A DNA stretch of 64,000 bases from the NCBI RefSeq assembly GCF_017348835.2, contig NZ_CP071375.1, one strand, 5' to 3'. Every line of letters starts with the position of its first letter. Position 1 is the first letter of the stretch. The notes beneath the pieces are model-generated. The model searched no databases and was not told the DNA's origin. It worked only from the letters and a program-made list of their open reading frames with translations. This document shows positions 32,952 to 45,077 of this stretch, piece by piece. A program made the translations under genes and the position numbers. The DNA comes from Escherichia coli. GTDB lineage: Bacteria > Pseudomonadota > Gammaproteobacteria > Enterobacterales > Enterobacteriaceae.

Positions 32952-33278
32952 TTACTGTTGTTCAGAGGCAATCATCTCTTCGATTTCTTTGATGATGCCC
33001 GCAGCGTTTTTAATTGCGTCCTGCAAAGTGATTTCATAAACGTCGCGTGATTCGAAACGTTCGTTATCTTCCGGGGTAACTGCCACGGAGTGGATGATGA
33101 TGGTCGCTTCGGCGATATCCTGCGCCGTCAGGCGATTCTGGATACCGTCCGCGCCCTGGGTTTCAATTTTCACTTCATAACCGGCTTCTACCGCCGCTTC
33201 TTCCAGCGCCTGAGCGGCCATAAAAGTGTGAGCCAGGCCCATTGGGCAGGCACATAATGCAATCAGTTTCTTACTCAT
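32952..33278 (-). CDS. fryB: PTS fructose-like EIIB component
   Basis: ORF 32952-33329 trimmed to the internal ATG (MSKKLIALCACPMGLAHTFMAA), 108 aa; EIIB-Fru phosphocysteine motif CACPMG. Confidence 0.9.
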   Translation of the reverse strand: MSKKLIALCACPMGLAHTFMAAQALEEAAVEAGYEVKIETQGADGIQNRLTAQDIAEATIIIHSVAVTPEDNERFESRDVYEITLQDAIKNAAGIIKEIEEMIASEQQ

Positions 33279-33496
33279 CGTTAATTCCTCGTTCAGTGAT
33301 AGTTGACGAGTGAAATTATGAACGTGCAAAACAAATCGCCGTTACCAGACAAATAATGCATTTACTGGAGAATTAATCCCGCTGTACGGAAGTGTGACGC
33401 AGGTCGGCCTTGTGAGGGGACACAAAGAAAAATTGAATTAACTGTATGATTTAAAAGATTATCGGGAGAGTTACCTCCCGATATAACAGGAAGGAT

Positions 33497-34462
33497 TTAC
33501 AGAATGTGACCTAAGGTCTGGCGTAAATGTGCACCGGAACCGAGAAGACCCGGATTGTCATGGACGATGAGATACACCGGAATATCATGGACATATTCTT
33601 TAAAGCGCCCTTTATCTTCAAATGCGGCACGGAAACCAGAGGCTTTGAAGAACTCAAGGAAGCGCGGCACGATACCGCCCGCAATAAACACGCCCCCAAA
33701 TGTCCCGAGATTGAGCGCCAGATTGCCGCCAAAACGGCCCATAATGACGCAAAACAGCGACAACGCACGGCGGCAATCGGTGCAGCTGTCAGCCAGCGCG
33801 CGTTCGGTAATATCTTTTGGCTTGAGATTTTCTGGCAGGCGGTTGTCAGCTTTCACAATTGCGCGATACAAATTCACCAGCCCAGGGCCAGAAAGCACGC
33901 GTTCCGCCGAAACATGGCCAATTTCCGCACGCAATATTTCGAGGATAATGGCCTCTTCTTCACTATTCGGCGCAAAATCAACGTGACCGCCTTCGCCCGG
34001 CAAGCTTACCCAACGCTTATCGACATGGACCAGATGCGCAACCCCAAGCCCCGTTCCGGCACCGTAAACCGCAATAGGTTTACCTTCTACCGGTTCTGCG
34101 CCACCAAACTGAATCAGATGCTCTTTTTTCAGCATCGGAATCGCCATCGATACAGCGGTAAAATCGTTAATAATTTCCAGATGGCTAAAACCGAGATTCT
34201 TTTTCATTTCGGCAATTGAGAACGCCCAGGTATGGTTGGTCATTGCCACCCAGTCTCCGGTAATCGGGCAAGCGATGGCAATACAGCCGTCTTTCACCTC
34301 GACCTTATGTTCTTCAAGATAAACGCGAATGACCGCTTCGAGGCTGGGGTAATCAAGCCCTGAATAGGTCTTAGCCTGAGAGATTTCACCACTGGCAATA
34401 TCACACAGAGCAAGACGTGCGTTGGTGCCGCCCACATCACCGACTAATGCATACTTTGTCAT
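33497..34462 (-). CDS. glk: Glucokinase
   Basis: 321-aa ORF starting [20 protein letters not shown] (ROK-like ATP-binding motif). Confidence 0.95.
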   Translation of the reverse strand: MTKYALVGDVGGTNARLALCDIASGEISQAKTYSGLDYPSLEAVIRVYLEEHKVEVKDGCIAIACPITGDWVAMTNHTWAFSIAEMKKNLGFSHLEIINDFTAVSMAIPMLKKEHLIQFGGAEPVEGKPIAVYGAGTGLGVAHLVHVDKRWVSLPGEGGHVDFAPNSEEEAIILEILRAEIGHVSAERVLSGPGLVNLYRAIVKADNRLPENLKPKDITERALADSCTDCRRALSLFCVIMGRFGGNLALNLGTFGGVFIAGGIVPRFLEFFKASGFRAAFEDKGRFKEYVHDIPVYLIVHDNPGLLGSGAHLRQTLGHIL

Positions 34463-34665
34463 TCTTCAACTGCTCCGCTAAAGTCAAAATAATTCTTTCT
34501 CACACTGTAAATACCTGGGGGCATAACAACAACGCCGGAAAGGCAGGCTCCCTGTAAATATCGATCTGGGTCACACAATTACTTTATCGTTTCAGCACCA
34601 ATTGCAGCGATGCCTTTTTGCAAGCTGGGCAAACTAAGTATCTGACCCCGCATAAGGAATAGAAC

Positions 34666-35922
34666 ATGCTCCATCCGCGAGCCAGAACCATGTTGTTATT
34701 ATCGCTCCCCGCCGTGGCAATTGGGATTGCGTCCAGTCTTATTCTGATTGTGGTGATGAAAATCGCCTCGGCATTACAGAATTTGCTCTGGCAACGACTG
34801 CCGGGAACTCTGGGGATAGCCCAGGATTCACCTCTCTGGATCATCGGTGTATTAACGTTAACGGGTATTGCAGTGGGGTTGGTTATCCGTTTCAGCCAGG
34901 GTCATGCCGGACCAGACCCCGCCTGTGAACCGCTGATCGGCGCACCGGTTCCGCCCTCTGCGCTACCAGGACTTATCGTAGCATTAATTCTCGGTCTTGC
35001 TGGCGGCGTCAGCCTGGGGCCGGAACATCCGATCATGACCGTCAATATCGCCCTTGCGGTTGCCATTGGCGCTCGTCTGTTACCGCGCGTCAACCGAATG
35101 GAGTGGACTATTTTAGCCTCTGCCGGAACCATCGGCGCGCTGTTTGGTACACCTGTTGCGGCGGCGTTGATATTTTCGCAAACCTTAAATGGCAGTAGTG
35201 AAGTTCCGCTATGGGATCGTCTTTTTGCGCCGTTAATGGCGGCAGCAGCTGGTGCACTTACTACCGGATTATTTTTCCATCCCCATTTTTCACTGCCCAT
35301 TGCGCATTACGGACAGATGGAAATGACCGATATTCTCAGCGGTGCAATTGTCGCGGCGATTGCCATCGCAGCAGGGATGGTCGCCGTATGGTGCTTACCA
35401 CGGTTGCACGCGATGATGCATCAAATGAAAAATCCGGTGCTCGTGCTGGGTATTGGCGGATTTATTCTCGGTATTCTGGGGGTTATTGGTGGACCAGTTT
35501 CGCTGTTTAAAGGACTGGATGAGATGCAGCAGATGGTGGCAAATCAGGCTTTCAGCACCAGCGATTACTTTTTACTGGCGGTGATTAAACTTACCGCCCT
35601 GGTCGTTGCTGCCGCCAGTGGCTTTCGCGGTGGACGAATTTTCCCGGCAGTGTTCGTCGGCGTGGCATTAGGGTTGATGCTGCATGAGCACGTCCCCGCC
35701 GTTCCAGCGGCAATAACCGTTTCCTGCGCTATTCTCGGCATCGTGCTGGTGGTAACACGCGATGGCTGGTTAAGTCTTTTTATGGCGGCAGTCGTTGTAC
35801 CCAATACCACATTGCTACCGCTGCTCTGTATCGTCATGCTTCCGGCATGGCTGTTATTAGCAGGTAAGCCGATGATGATGGTCAATCGTCCGAAGCAACA
35901 GCCACCCCACGATAACGTTTAA
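34666..35922 (+). CDS. yfeO: ClC-like ion channel family membrane protein
   Basis: 418-aa polytopic membrane ORF. Confidence 0.9.
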   Translation: MLHPRARTMLLLSLPAVAIGIASSLILIVVMKIASALQNLLWQRLPGTLGIAQDSPLWIIGVLTLTGIAVGLVIRFSQGHAGPDPACEPLIGAPVPPSALPGLIVALILGLAGGVSLGPEHPIMTVNIALAVAIGARLLPRVNRMEWTILASAGTIGALFGTPVAAALIFSQTLNGSSEVPLWDRLFAPLMAAAAGALTTGLFFHPHFSLPIAHYGQMEMTDILSGAIVAAIAIAAGMVAVWCLPRLHAMMHQMKNPVLVLGIGGFILGILGVIGGPVSLFKGLDEMQQMVANQAFSTSDYFLLAVIKLTALVVAAASGFRGGRIFPAVFVGVALGLMLHEHVPAVPAAITVSCAILGIVLVVTRDGWLSLFMAAVVVPNTTLLPLLCIVMLPAWLLLAGKPMMMVNRPKQQPPHDNV

Positions 35923-36036
35923 CAAAAAATGCTCTCCTTTATGATTTAAGAGTTATGGCGATGATACGGGGCTTTACCTCCCCGTAATATTGCGTTAACA
36001 GGCCGCTGACGGCTTCGATCGTGAAGGAGAATAACA

Positions 36037-36363
36037 ATGTTCAGGTCACTGTTTCTGGCGGCCGCCCTGATGGCATTTACCCCGCTTGCAGCAAACGCAG
36101 GTGAAATCACCCTACTGCCATCAATCAAATTACAAATTGGCGATCGCGATCATTACGGTAATTACTGGGACGGTGGTCACTGGCGAGATCGTGATTACTG
36201 GCATCGCAATTATGAGTGGCGCAAAAACCGCTGGTGGCGTCATGATAATGGCTATCATCGTGGCTGGGATAAGCGTAAAGCGTATGAGCGTGGCTATCGT
36301 GAAGGCTGGCGCGATCGTGACGATCATCGCGGAAAAGGCCGCGGACATGGGCACCGCCATTAA
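36037..36363 (+). CDS. ypeC: Secreted basic His/Arg/Trp-rich small protein (DUF2502)
   Basis: 108-aa ORF with a signal peptide followed by highly repetitive R/H/W/D-rich sequence. Confidence 0.85.
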
Positions 36364-36388
36364 ACACATTTGCCAATGGAGCACAAGG

Positions 36389-36500
<112 letters not shown>

Positions 36501-36503
36501 CAA

Positions 36504-37751
<1,248 letters not shown>

Positions 37752-37754
37752 CTA

Positions 37755-37815
37755 AAACATAGCCTTTGCTATGTTTCATGCTATGCCAAACGAGAATGAT
37801 TATCAAATTCATTTA
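37755..37815. promoter_or_regulatory. mntH promoter region: MntR-box palindrome AAACATAGC-CTTT-GCTATGTTT (c. 37755-37776) and Fur-box-like GAATGATTATCAAATTCATT (c. 37793-37815)
   Basis: Perfect 9-bp-arm inverted repeat immediately upstream of the mntH start, plus an adjacent AT-rich GATAAT-type Fur-like sequence; mntH is known to be MntR- and Fur-regulated. Confidence 0.7.
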
Positions 37816-38077
37816 AATGGGTTGTGGTGATTTCTCTGATAGACCAGGATTATGACTACGAAAAGATTGATGACTTGAATGTTATGGTTATGTTTAATGT
37901 TAGCACATTTACATAACTTTCAGCTTCCATACACAACATAGCAGAAATGTATGACAGCTCACTATTTTTGAAGCTTGTCACAGGACGTCATTATAGTGTG
38001 TGTCAGATCTCGTTTTCCTTAACCATGTTACATAGAATGTGCACGGAAATTTAACCTGCCTCATATTTGGAGCAAAT

Positions 38078-39280
38078 ATGGACCGCGTCCTTCATTTTGT
38101 ACTGGCACTTGCCGTTGTTGCGATTCTCGCACTGCTGGTAAGCAGCGACCGCAAAAAAATTCGTATCCGTTATGTTATTCAACTGCTTGTTATCGAAGTG
38201 TTACTGGCGTGGTTCTTCCTGAACTCCGACGTTGGTTTAGGCTTCGTGAAAGGCTTCTCCGAAATGTTCGAAAAACTGCTCGGATTTGCCAACGAAGGGA
38301 CTAACTTCGTCTTTGGTAGCATGAATGATCAAGGCCTGGCATTCTTCTTCCTGAAAGTGCTGTGCCCAATCGTCTTTATCTCTGCACTGATCGGTATTCT
38401 CCAGCACATTCGCGTGTTGCCGGTGATTATCCGCGCAATTGGTTTCCTGCTCTCCAAAGTCAACGGCATGGGCAAACTGGAATCCTTTAACGCCGTCAGC
38501 TCTCTGATTCTGGGTCAGTCTGAAAACTTTATTGCCTATAAAGATATCCTCGGCAAAATCTCCCGCAATCGTATGTACACCATGGCAGCAACGGCGATGT
38601 CCACCGTATCTATGTCCATCGTTGGTGCATACATGACCATGCTGGAGCCGAAATATGTCGTTGCGGCGCTGGTACTGAACATGTTCAGCACCTTTATCGT
38701 GCTGTCGCTGATCAACCCTTACCGTGTTGATGCCAGTGAAGAAAACATTCAGATGTCCAACCTGCACGAAGGTCAGAGCTTCTTCGAAATGCTGGGTGAA
38801 TACATTCTGGCAGGTTTCAAAGTTGCCATTATCGTTGCCGCGATGCTGATCGGCTTTATCGCCCTGATCGCCGCGTTGAACGCACTGTTTGCCACCGTGA
38901 CTGGCTGGTTTGGCTACAGCATCTCCTTCCAGGGCATCCTGGGCTACATCTTCTATCCGATTGCATGGGTGATGGGTGTTCCGTCCAGCGAAGCACTGCA
39001 AGTGGGCAGTATCATGGCGACCAAACTGGTTTCCAACGAGTTCGTTGCGATGATGGATCTGCAGAAAATTGCTTCCACGCTCTCTCCGCGTGCTGAAGGC
39101 ATCATCTCTGTGTTCCTGGTTTCCTTCGCTAACTTCTCTTCAATCGGGATTATCGCAGGTGCAGTTAAGGGTCTGAATGAAGAGCAAGGTAACGTGGTTT
39201 CTCGCTTCGGTCTGAAACTGGTTTACGGCTCTACCCTGGTGAGTGTGCTGTCTGCGTCAATCGCAGCACTGGTGCTGTAA
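38078..39280 (+). CDS. nupC: Nucleoside:H+ symporter (CNT family)
   Basis: ORF 38039-39280 trimmed to the internal ATG ([20 protein letters not shown]), 400 aa. Confidence 0.93.
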
Positions 39281-39290
39281 GACCATACAT

Positions 39291-39322
39291 AAAAAAGCCG
39301 GGGATAATTCCCCGGTTTTTTT
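39291..39322. terminator. Bidirectional intrinsic terminator between nupC and pdeA
   Basis: AAAAAAGCCGGGGATAATTCCCCGGTTTTTTT hairpin with flanking A/T runs. Confidence 0.8.
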
Positions 39323-39329
39323 ACGCCTG

Positions 39330-41519
39330 TTAATCAGCTAATGGCTGCGGGCGACCAATCAAATACCCTTGCAGATATTGCACCCCGAGCTTATGCAATA
39401 ACGCCTGCTGCTGTTGCGTCTCGACAAACTCCGCAACCACACTCAATGACTTCGCTTTCGCCAGATCGGTAATTGATCTCACAATCATCGCATCCAGCGT
39501 ATTCGTGACGATATCTTTCACAAAGACACCATCAATTTTGATGATATCAGCCTGCAAACGCTTTAACCGTTCGTAGTTGGCATAGCCGGTGCCAAAGTCA
39601 TCAATCGCAATCCGGAAGCCAAACTTATGCAGTTGCTCGATGTTGTACATGCTGCTTTCTGCGTTAGAAAACGCCTGCTCCTCGGTGATCTCAAGAATGA
39701 CCGCCTGCGGGGAGATGTGATAACGCTTAAACAGACGAATAATCCGCCCGGCAATATTCTTTTGTAGCAGCGTGAGCGGCATTAAATTAACTGAAAAGCG
39801 CGGGCCTTTTTTGTCGCAAGGGTGTGTTGCCAGCCACTTCAACAAGGATTCCAGCACTTGCAAATCAAAACGCGCGCTAAGGTTAAACTGAGCAATAAGG
39901 GGCAGAAACTTATCCCGGGTCATAATGCCGCCGTCATACTTCAGTCGCGCGAGGATCTCATCATAACCTTCACCCTCTTTGTTGCGAATTGGCTGGGCGT
40001 AGAGCAGCAAATCACCCTGATCTAACGCCGTGCGAATGGTATTCAGCAATAGCACTTGTTTAGTGGTCTGCCCGGAAACCATCTCCTCTCTGCTATCCAG
40101 CGCCAGCACATGATGATGTGCGCAGGATTGCTCCGCCAGCCAGCTTAACTGCCCCAACAAGGGTTGCAGGGTTTCCTGATTTCCATCAAAACGCCCCCAG
40201 GCAGCACCATAGCCCATATCCAGCCCGGTATTGTTCCAGTGAATTTGCCGACTATTCAGGATGTTAACCATATGCTGGAGTCGCCCTTCCGTTTCCGGCC
40301 CGCTCAGCACTAACAGCAGTTCACTACCCGGCAATTGATACAACTTTTCGTTTTCCTGCATCAACGGCAGCAGCGTACGGTAAATTGATCGGATACAGTG
40401 AACGCGCATCATTAACCCGTAATGACGACTCATAAACTCAAGATTATCAATGCGCAGGCAGCAAAAACTCTTGCCCGCCTCTTGCTCCGGCGCTTGTTCC
40501 AACGCACGAAAATTGGGTAGGAGCGTTAACGGATCGGTCAGCGCCTGCAAATGCCAGCGTCGATTAAGCCATTCACTGCGATGATAAATGCGCACCATAT
40601 AGAGCAGGCAAACGCTAAAGGAAATCAGCACCGCAAGAATAAATGCCAGCGAATATTCGGTTTCCACCCCTTGCAAAAAGTTCTGGTTGTAATTCAGCAG
40701 GCAAAGCGTTGAAACAGCCCAGGTGAGATTTAAAAACGGATAGCGAAGCTTACCGACCCCGAGGGTAAAGATGATGAAGAAAACGGGTACCAGGTAACCG
40801 GCAATAAAGTCGTTTTCATAAGGTGTGCACAACAGAAGTAGCAGCACGCTTAACGCTGCCAGCCAGCTTAAGGTAAATGCGCGTTTCTCTTTGCCCAACG
40901 ACGGAGCGATATCCCTGCGCCACAATATCTGCGCAAAGTGGGGACTTACAATCATGCGAGTGAGATAGTAGAAAAGCATGTTGTAAATCAGCACAGCGGT
41001 GAAAAGGCTTAGTAAATCAACAACCGTGAAAATGGCATCCGCATCGCCGAAAAAGGTGGATATCTTTAGCGGGAAATCAAAGAAGCTCCCCACAAAATAC
41101 ATGCTGCATTTGATGCCGATCGGCGTCACCAAACCAAGCCAGAACAGACGTTGCCAGACATATCGGCTGGTCAATCCATAACGCCAACGCGTCCCCAGCT
41201 GCCAGCGTAATATTGCGCAGGCACACAACACGACAAACGTCTGGCTGCCGAGCATGACCGCAGTCTGTAAAAAAGAGAGATGAAAGTTCCACAGATTGGT
41301 GCAAAACATCCCGCATAAAACGGGAACGACACCGCGCCAGCCAAAGATAAACAAGATTGACAGCATTACGCACAGTGGCATCCACGCCAGAAAGATATAA
41401 CTGGAATGGATAATGGCAAGTGGCGAAATAAAACGGGATAGCTGAATAAGTACCACGGTGAGCGTAAACGCTAGTGTGAATATCTTGATATTTTTTATCA
41501 GGTTATGCTCCACAAACAT
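39330..41519 (-). CDS. pdeA: Membrane-anchored c-di-GMP phosphodiesterase (MASE1-GGDEF-EAL)
   Basis: ORF 39330-41579 trimmed to the internal ATG (MFVEHNLIKNIKIF), 729 aa; N-terminal multi-TM sensor domain, degenerate GGDEF and EAL domain. Confidence 0.9.
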   Translation of the reverse strand: MFVEHNLIKNIKIFTLAFTLTVVLIQLSRFISPLAIIHSSYIFLAWMPLCVMLSILFIFGWRGVVPVLCGMFCTNLWNFHLSFLQTAVMLGSQTFVVLCACAILRWQLGTRWRYGLTSRYVWQRLFWLGLVTPIGIKCSMYFVGSFFDFPLKISTFFGDADAIFTVVDLLSLFTAVLIYNMLFYYLTRMIVSPHFAQILWRRDIAPSLGKEKRAFTLSWLAALSVLLLLLCTPYENDFIAGYLVPVFFIIFTLGVGKLRYPFLNLTWAVSTLCLLNYNQNFLQGVETEYSLAFILAVLISFSVCLLYMVRIYHRSEWLNRRWHLQALTDPLTLLPNFRALEQAPEQEAGKSFCCLRIDNLEFMSRHYGLMMRVHCIRSIYRTLLPLMQENEKLYQLPGSELLLVLSGPETEGRLQHMVNILNSRQIHWNNTGLDMGYGAAWGRFDGNQETLQPLLGQLSWLAEQSCAHHHVLALDSREEMVSGQTTKQVLLLNTIRTALDQGDLLLYAQPIRNKEGEGYDEILARLKYDGGIMTRDKFLPLIAQFNLSARFDLQVLESLLKWLATHPCDKKGPRFSVNLMPLTLLQKNIAGRIIRLFKRYHISPQAVILEITEEQAFSNAESSMYNIEQLHKFGFRIAIDDFGTGYANYERLKRLQADIIKIDGVFVKDIVTNTLDAMIVRSITDLAKAKSLSVVAEFVETQQQQALLHKLGVQYLQGYLIGRPQPLAD

Positions 41520-41726
41520 GAGTACACTACTCTCACTGATCGGGGTTTTCAGGCACACAAATAATAAGTTTATTCGCATCGCGAAGCAAACAGGGGCCAG
41601 CCTGTTGCCGATTTTTCATCCAATGATGCTTTCACCAGGCGGCACTAACCCGGACGTAGACTGTATTACAAAAGCGGCAAAAAGCAGAGACAAAAAACCC
41701 CCGCTTTGCAGCGAGGGTTGGAAATT

Positions 41727-41802
<76 letters not shown>

Positions 41803-41841
41803 ACGATGCGTTTACGTACCAAATTTGCTGGGTGCAAAATT

Positions 41842-41917
<76 letters not shown>

Positions 41918-41949
41918 GTCACGTAAAGCTTGTCGAGTTGACGGGCGGC

Positions 41950-41978
41950 ATCATATGAATTCCGCCCGAATGTGTCAA
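41950..41978 (-). promoter_or_regulatory. Stable-RNA-type sigma-70 promoter for the tRNA-Ala pair (TTGACA-17-TATGAT, GC-rich discriminator)
   Basis: Minus strand reads TTGACAcattcgggcggaattcaTATGATgccgcccg; consensus -35, 17-bp spacer and GC-rich discriminator typical of stringently controlled promoters. Confidence 0.65.
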
Positions 41979-42152
41979 CGGCAAATTGCAACGTGTAGTT
42001 TCAATCGCTGAAAAATCAGGCAAATGAACAATTTTGGAAAACCGCTCGCATTCAGTAGTTATTCATGTCACGGTTTCCTGTAAAGTGGTGCTATAAAATG
42101 AACTACTAATAGACCCACATACATTCAGGGAATTGTTATGTTCAAGGAGAGG

Positions 42153-42497
42153 ATGACACCAGATGAACTTGCCAGACTGACCGGCTATAGCCGCCAGACC
42201 ATTAATAAATGGGTACGCAAGGAAGGCTGGACGACGTCACCAAAACCAGGCGTCCAGGGTGGCAAAGCCCGACTGGTTCACGTCAATGAACAGGTTCGTG
42301 AATATATTCGTAATGCTGAACGTCCAGAAGGTCAGGGAGAAGCGCCTGCCCTTTCTGGTGATGCGCCGCTTGAAGTATTGCTGGTGACACTGGCGAAAGA
42401 GATGACGCCAGTTGAACAAAAACAGTTTACATCCTTGCTTCTGCGGGAAGGGATTATCGGATTGTTACAACGCTTAGGGATTCGCGATAGCAAATAA
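42153..42497 (+). CDS. yfeC: Small putative DNA-binding protein (DUF1323, HTH)
   Basis: ORF 42138-42497 trimmed to MTPDELARLTGYSRQTINKWV, 114 aa; paralogous to the adjacent yfeD. Confidence 0.85.
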   Translation: MTPDELARLTGYSRQTINKWVRKEGWTTSPKPGVQGGKARLVHVNEQVREYIRNAERPEGQGEAPALSGDAPLEVLLVTLAKEMTPVEQKQFTSLLLREGIIGLLQRLGIRDSK

Positions 42498-42498
42498 T

Positions 42499-42891
42499 AT
42501 GAAAAGATTACGCAACAAAATGACCACCGAAGAACTGGCTGAATGCCTCGGTGTGGCTAAACAAACTGTTAACCGTTGGATCAGAGAAAAAGGCTGGAAA
42601 ACGGAAAAATTTCCCGGCGTGAAAGGCGGTCGTGCCAGACTTATTCTGGTCGATACGCAAGTTTGCGAGTTTATTCAGAACACGCCAGCCTTCCATAACA
42701 CACCGATGCTTCTGGAAGCCGAAGAACCCCTTGCCGAATACGCACCGGGGATTCGCACTCCTGCTTATCGACAAATCATAAGCGCAATAGACAACATGAC
42801 TCACAGTGAGCAGGAAAAAGTTGCGCAATTTTTGTCACGCGAAGGAATTCGTAATTTCCTGGCTCGTCTCGACATAAATGAATCAGCATAA
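42499..42891 (+). CDS. yfeD: Small putative DNA-binding protein (DUF1323, HTH)
   Basis: 130-aa ORF (MKRLRNKMTTEELAECLGVAKQTVNRWIREKGW...); clear paralogue of yfeC. Confidence 0.85.
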   Translation: MKRLRNKMTTEELAECLGVAKQTVNRWIREKGWKTEKFPGVKGGRARLILVDTQVCEFIQNTPAFHNTPMLLEAEEPLAEYAPGIRTPAYRQIISAIDNMTHSEQEKVAQFLSREGIRNFLARLDINESA

Positions 42892-42894
42892 ATA

Positions 42895-42933
42895 AAAAAC
42901 GGCAGGGGTTTCTCTCCTGCCGTTTGTCTTTTA
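42895..42933. terminator. Bidirectional intrinsic terminator between yfeD and gltX
   Basis: AAAAAACGGCAGG-ggtttctctc-CCTGCCGTTTGTCTTTT hairpin. Confidence 0.75.
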
Positions 42934-42941
42934 TGCGCTAA

Positions 42942-44357
42942 TTACTGCTGATTTTCGCGTTCAGCAATAAAAGCCAGCGCTTTGTTGATACGCTCAATGC
43001 TACGTGTCTTACCGATCGCGTGAACGGTAACATCCAGTGCTGGAGACTGCCCCGCACCGGTTACGGCGACACGCAGCGGCATACCAACTTTACCCATACC
43101 CACTTCCAGCTCATCCGCCGTCGCCTGAATAGCGTGATGAACGTTTTCAGCGGTCCAGTCAGTAATCGCGGCCAGTTTGTCACGAACCACTTCCAGCGGC
43201 TGACGCGCTACCGGACGCAGATGTTTTTTCGCGGCGTCGGCATCGAACTCTGCAAAATCTTCGTAGAAATAACGGCAGCTCTGTGCCATCTCTTTCAGCG
43301 TCTTGCAGCGTTCGCCCAGCAGTTTCACCAGATCAGCCAGCTGCGGGCCGTTACGGGTATCGATATTTTCCTGCTCAATGTGCCACTGTAAGTGAGTAGC
43401 AACATACTCCGGCGGCAGCGCGTTAATGTAGTGATGGTTCAGCCACAGCAGCTTGTCGGTGTTGAACGCACTGGCAGATTTGCTGACGGCATTCAGGGTG
43501 AAGTATTTGATCATCTCTTCACGAGTGAAGATTTCCTGATCGCCGTGGGACCAGCCCAGACGCACCAGATAGTTCAGCAGTGCTTCTGGCAAATAACCGT
43601 CGTCACGATACTGCATTACGCTGACCGCCCCGTGACGTTTGGACAGTTTTTTACCGTCATCGCCGTTGATCATAGAAACGTGCGCGTAAACCGGCACCGG
43701 CGCTTTCAGGGCCTTAAGAATGTTGATCTGGCGTGGCGTGTTGTTGATATGGTCTTCGCCACGGATAACGTGGGTGATTTCCATATCCCAGTCATCGACA
43801 ACCACACAGAAGTTATAGGTTGGGGAACCATCGGTACGGCGGATAATAAGATCGTCCAGTTCCTGGTTGCTGAACTCGATCGGACCACGGATCTGATCGT
43901 CAAAAACAACAGAACCTTCCTGCGGGTTAGCAAAACGTACGACACACGGCTCATCATCAGCGTGATGCTCATGACTGTGGCGGCAGCGACCGTCATAACG
44001 CGGCTTCTCACCTTTCGCCATTTGCTCTTCGCGCAGCGCTTCCAGGCGCTCTTTAGAGCAATAGCATTTATAAGCTGTGCCCTCTTCCAGCATCTGATCG
44101 ATCACCGCGTTGTAGCGATCAAAACGTTTGGTCTGGAAGTACGGACCTTCATCCCACTCCAGGCTCAGCCAGTTCATGCCATCCATAATGGCTTCGATAG
44201 CTTCCGGCGTGGAACGCTCAAGATCGGTGTCTTCAATACGCAGCACGAACTCACCGCCGTGATTACGTGCAAAAAGCCAGGAGTAAAGAGCAGTACGCGC
44301 GCCGCCAACGTGCAGATAGCCTGTTGGGCTTGGCGCGAAGCGAGTTTTGATTTTCAT
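42942..44357 (-). CDS. gltX: Glutamyl-tRNA synthetase
   Basis: 471-aa ORF with class I aaRS HIGH (…[13 protein letters not shown]…) and KMSKS (KLSKR) motifs. Confidence 0.95.
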
Positions 44358-44570
44358 GAAATGGCCTTACGTTTAGAAAGATGCCGACAACCGGCAAATC
44401 CTGGAAAAATTGAGTGGGCGATATTCTATCACTCCCGCCTGATTCCTCAATGTAGTTCGGGTTGCAACCTTACGCATTATTGTTTTCGTTGACAAATTGC
44501 GCAACACGGTCTGTTTTGCGATCATCTTGCTTAAATTTACGACGAACGAACAATTTCTTTAGAAAATGCG

Positions 44571-44598
44571 TTGACTCATTTTGAACTCTCCCTATAAT
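44571..44598 (+). promoter_or_regulatory. Promoter of the valU-valX-valY-lysV tRNA operon (TTGACT-16-TATAAT, GC-rich discriminator)
   Basis: cgTTGACTcattttgaactctcccTATAATgcgactccac about 20 bp upstream of the first tRNA, with an AT-rich upstream region. Confidence 0.7.
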
Positions 44599-44615
44599 GC
44601 GACTCCACACAGCGG

Positions 44616-44691
44616 GGGTGATTAGCTCAGCTGGGAGAGCACCTCCCTTACAAGGAGGGGGTCGGCGGTTCGATCCCGTCATCACCCACCA
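44616..44691 (+). tRNA. valU: tRNA-Val (UAC)
   Basis: GGGTGATTAGCTCAGCTGGGAGAGCACCTCCCTTACAAGGAGGGGGTCGGCGGTTCGATCCCGTCATCACCCACCA. Confidence 0.95.
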
Positions 44692-44735
44692 ACTACTTTA
44701 TGTAGTCTCCGCCGTGTAGCAAGAAATTGAGAAGT

Positions 44736-44811
44736 GGGTGATTAGCTCAGCTGGGAGAGCACCTCCCTTACAAGGAGGGGGTCGGCGGTTCGATCCCGTC
44801 ATCACCCACCA
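44736..44811 (+). tRNA. valX: tRNA-Val (UAC), copy 2
   Basis: Identical 76-nt repeat of valU. Confidence 0.95.
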
Positions 44812-44857
44812 CTTTCTCACCAGCTAAATTTCTTGTAAAAATGTGAAGTACCGAAGT

Positions 44858-44933
44858 GGGTGATTAGCTCAGCTGGGAGAGCACCTCCCTTACAAGGAGG
44901 GGGTCGGCGGTTCGATCCCGTCATCACCCACCA
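44858..44933 (+). tRNA. valY: tRNA-Val (UAC), copy 3
   Basis: Identical 76-nt repeat of valU. Confidence 0.95.
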
Positions 44934-44937
44934 CTTC

Positions 44938-45013
44938 GGGTCGTTAGCTCAGTTGGTAGAGCAGTTGACTTTTAATCAATTGGTCGCAGGTTCGAATCCT
45001 GCACGACCCACCA
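44938..45013 (+). tRNA. lysV: tRNA-Lys (UUU)
   Basis: GGGTCGTTAGCTCAGTTGGTAGAGCAGTTGACTTTTAATCAATTGGTCGCAGGTTCGAATCCTGCACGACCCACCA. Confidence 0.95.
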
Positions 45014-45016
45014 ATG

Positions 45017-45045
45017 TAAAAAAGCGCCCTAAAGGCGCTTTTTTG
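45017..45045 (+). terminator. Intrinsic terminator of the tRNA operon
   Basis: AAAAAGCGCC-ctaaa-GGCGCTTTTTTG hairpin directly after lysV. Confidence 0.85.
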
Positions 45046-45077
45046 CTATCTGCGATTTGTAAGATTGATTTTTCTTC

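Noticed and set aside
33527-34219. 230-aa and 143-aa plus-strand ORFs overlapping glk
   Set aside because: Antisense to glucokinase; no independent evidence for expression.
38237-39001. 254-aa minus-strand ORF inside nupC
   Set aside because: Antisense to a conserved transporter gene; His/Gln/Asp-rich nonsense-like composition.
43392-44492. 366-aa ORF on the plus strand inside gltX
   Set aside because: Entirely antisense to a highly conserved, full-length glutamyl-tRNA synthetase gene; no RBS context and low-complexity translation. Typical antisense shadow ORF.
44616-45013. Possible integrative element or genomic island at the tRNA-Lys / tRNA-Val cluster
   Set aside because: No integrase, no direct repeat of the tRNA 3' end and only about 450 bp of non-core DNA downstream; the locus is variable but shows no hallmark of a site-specific integrated element in this strain.
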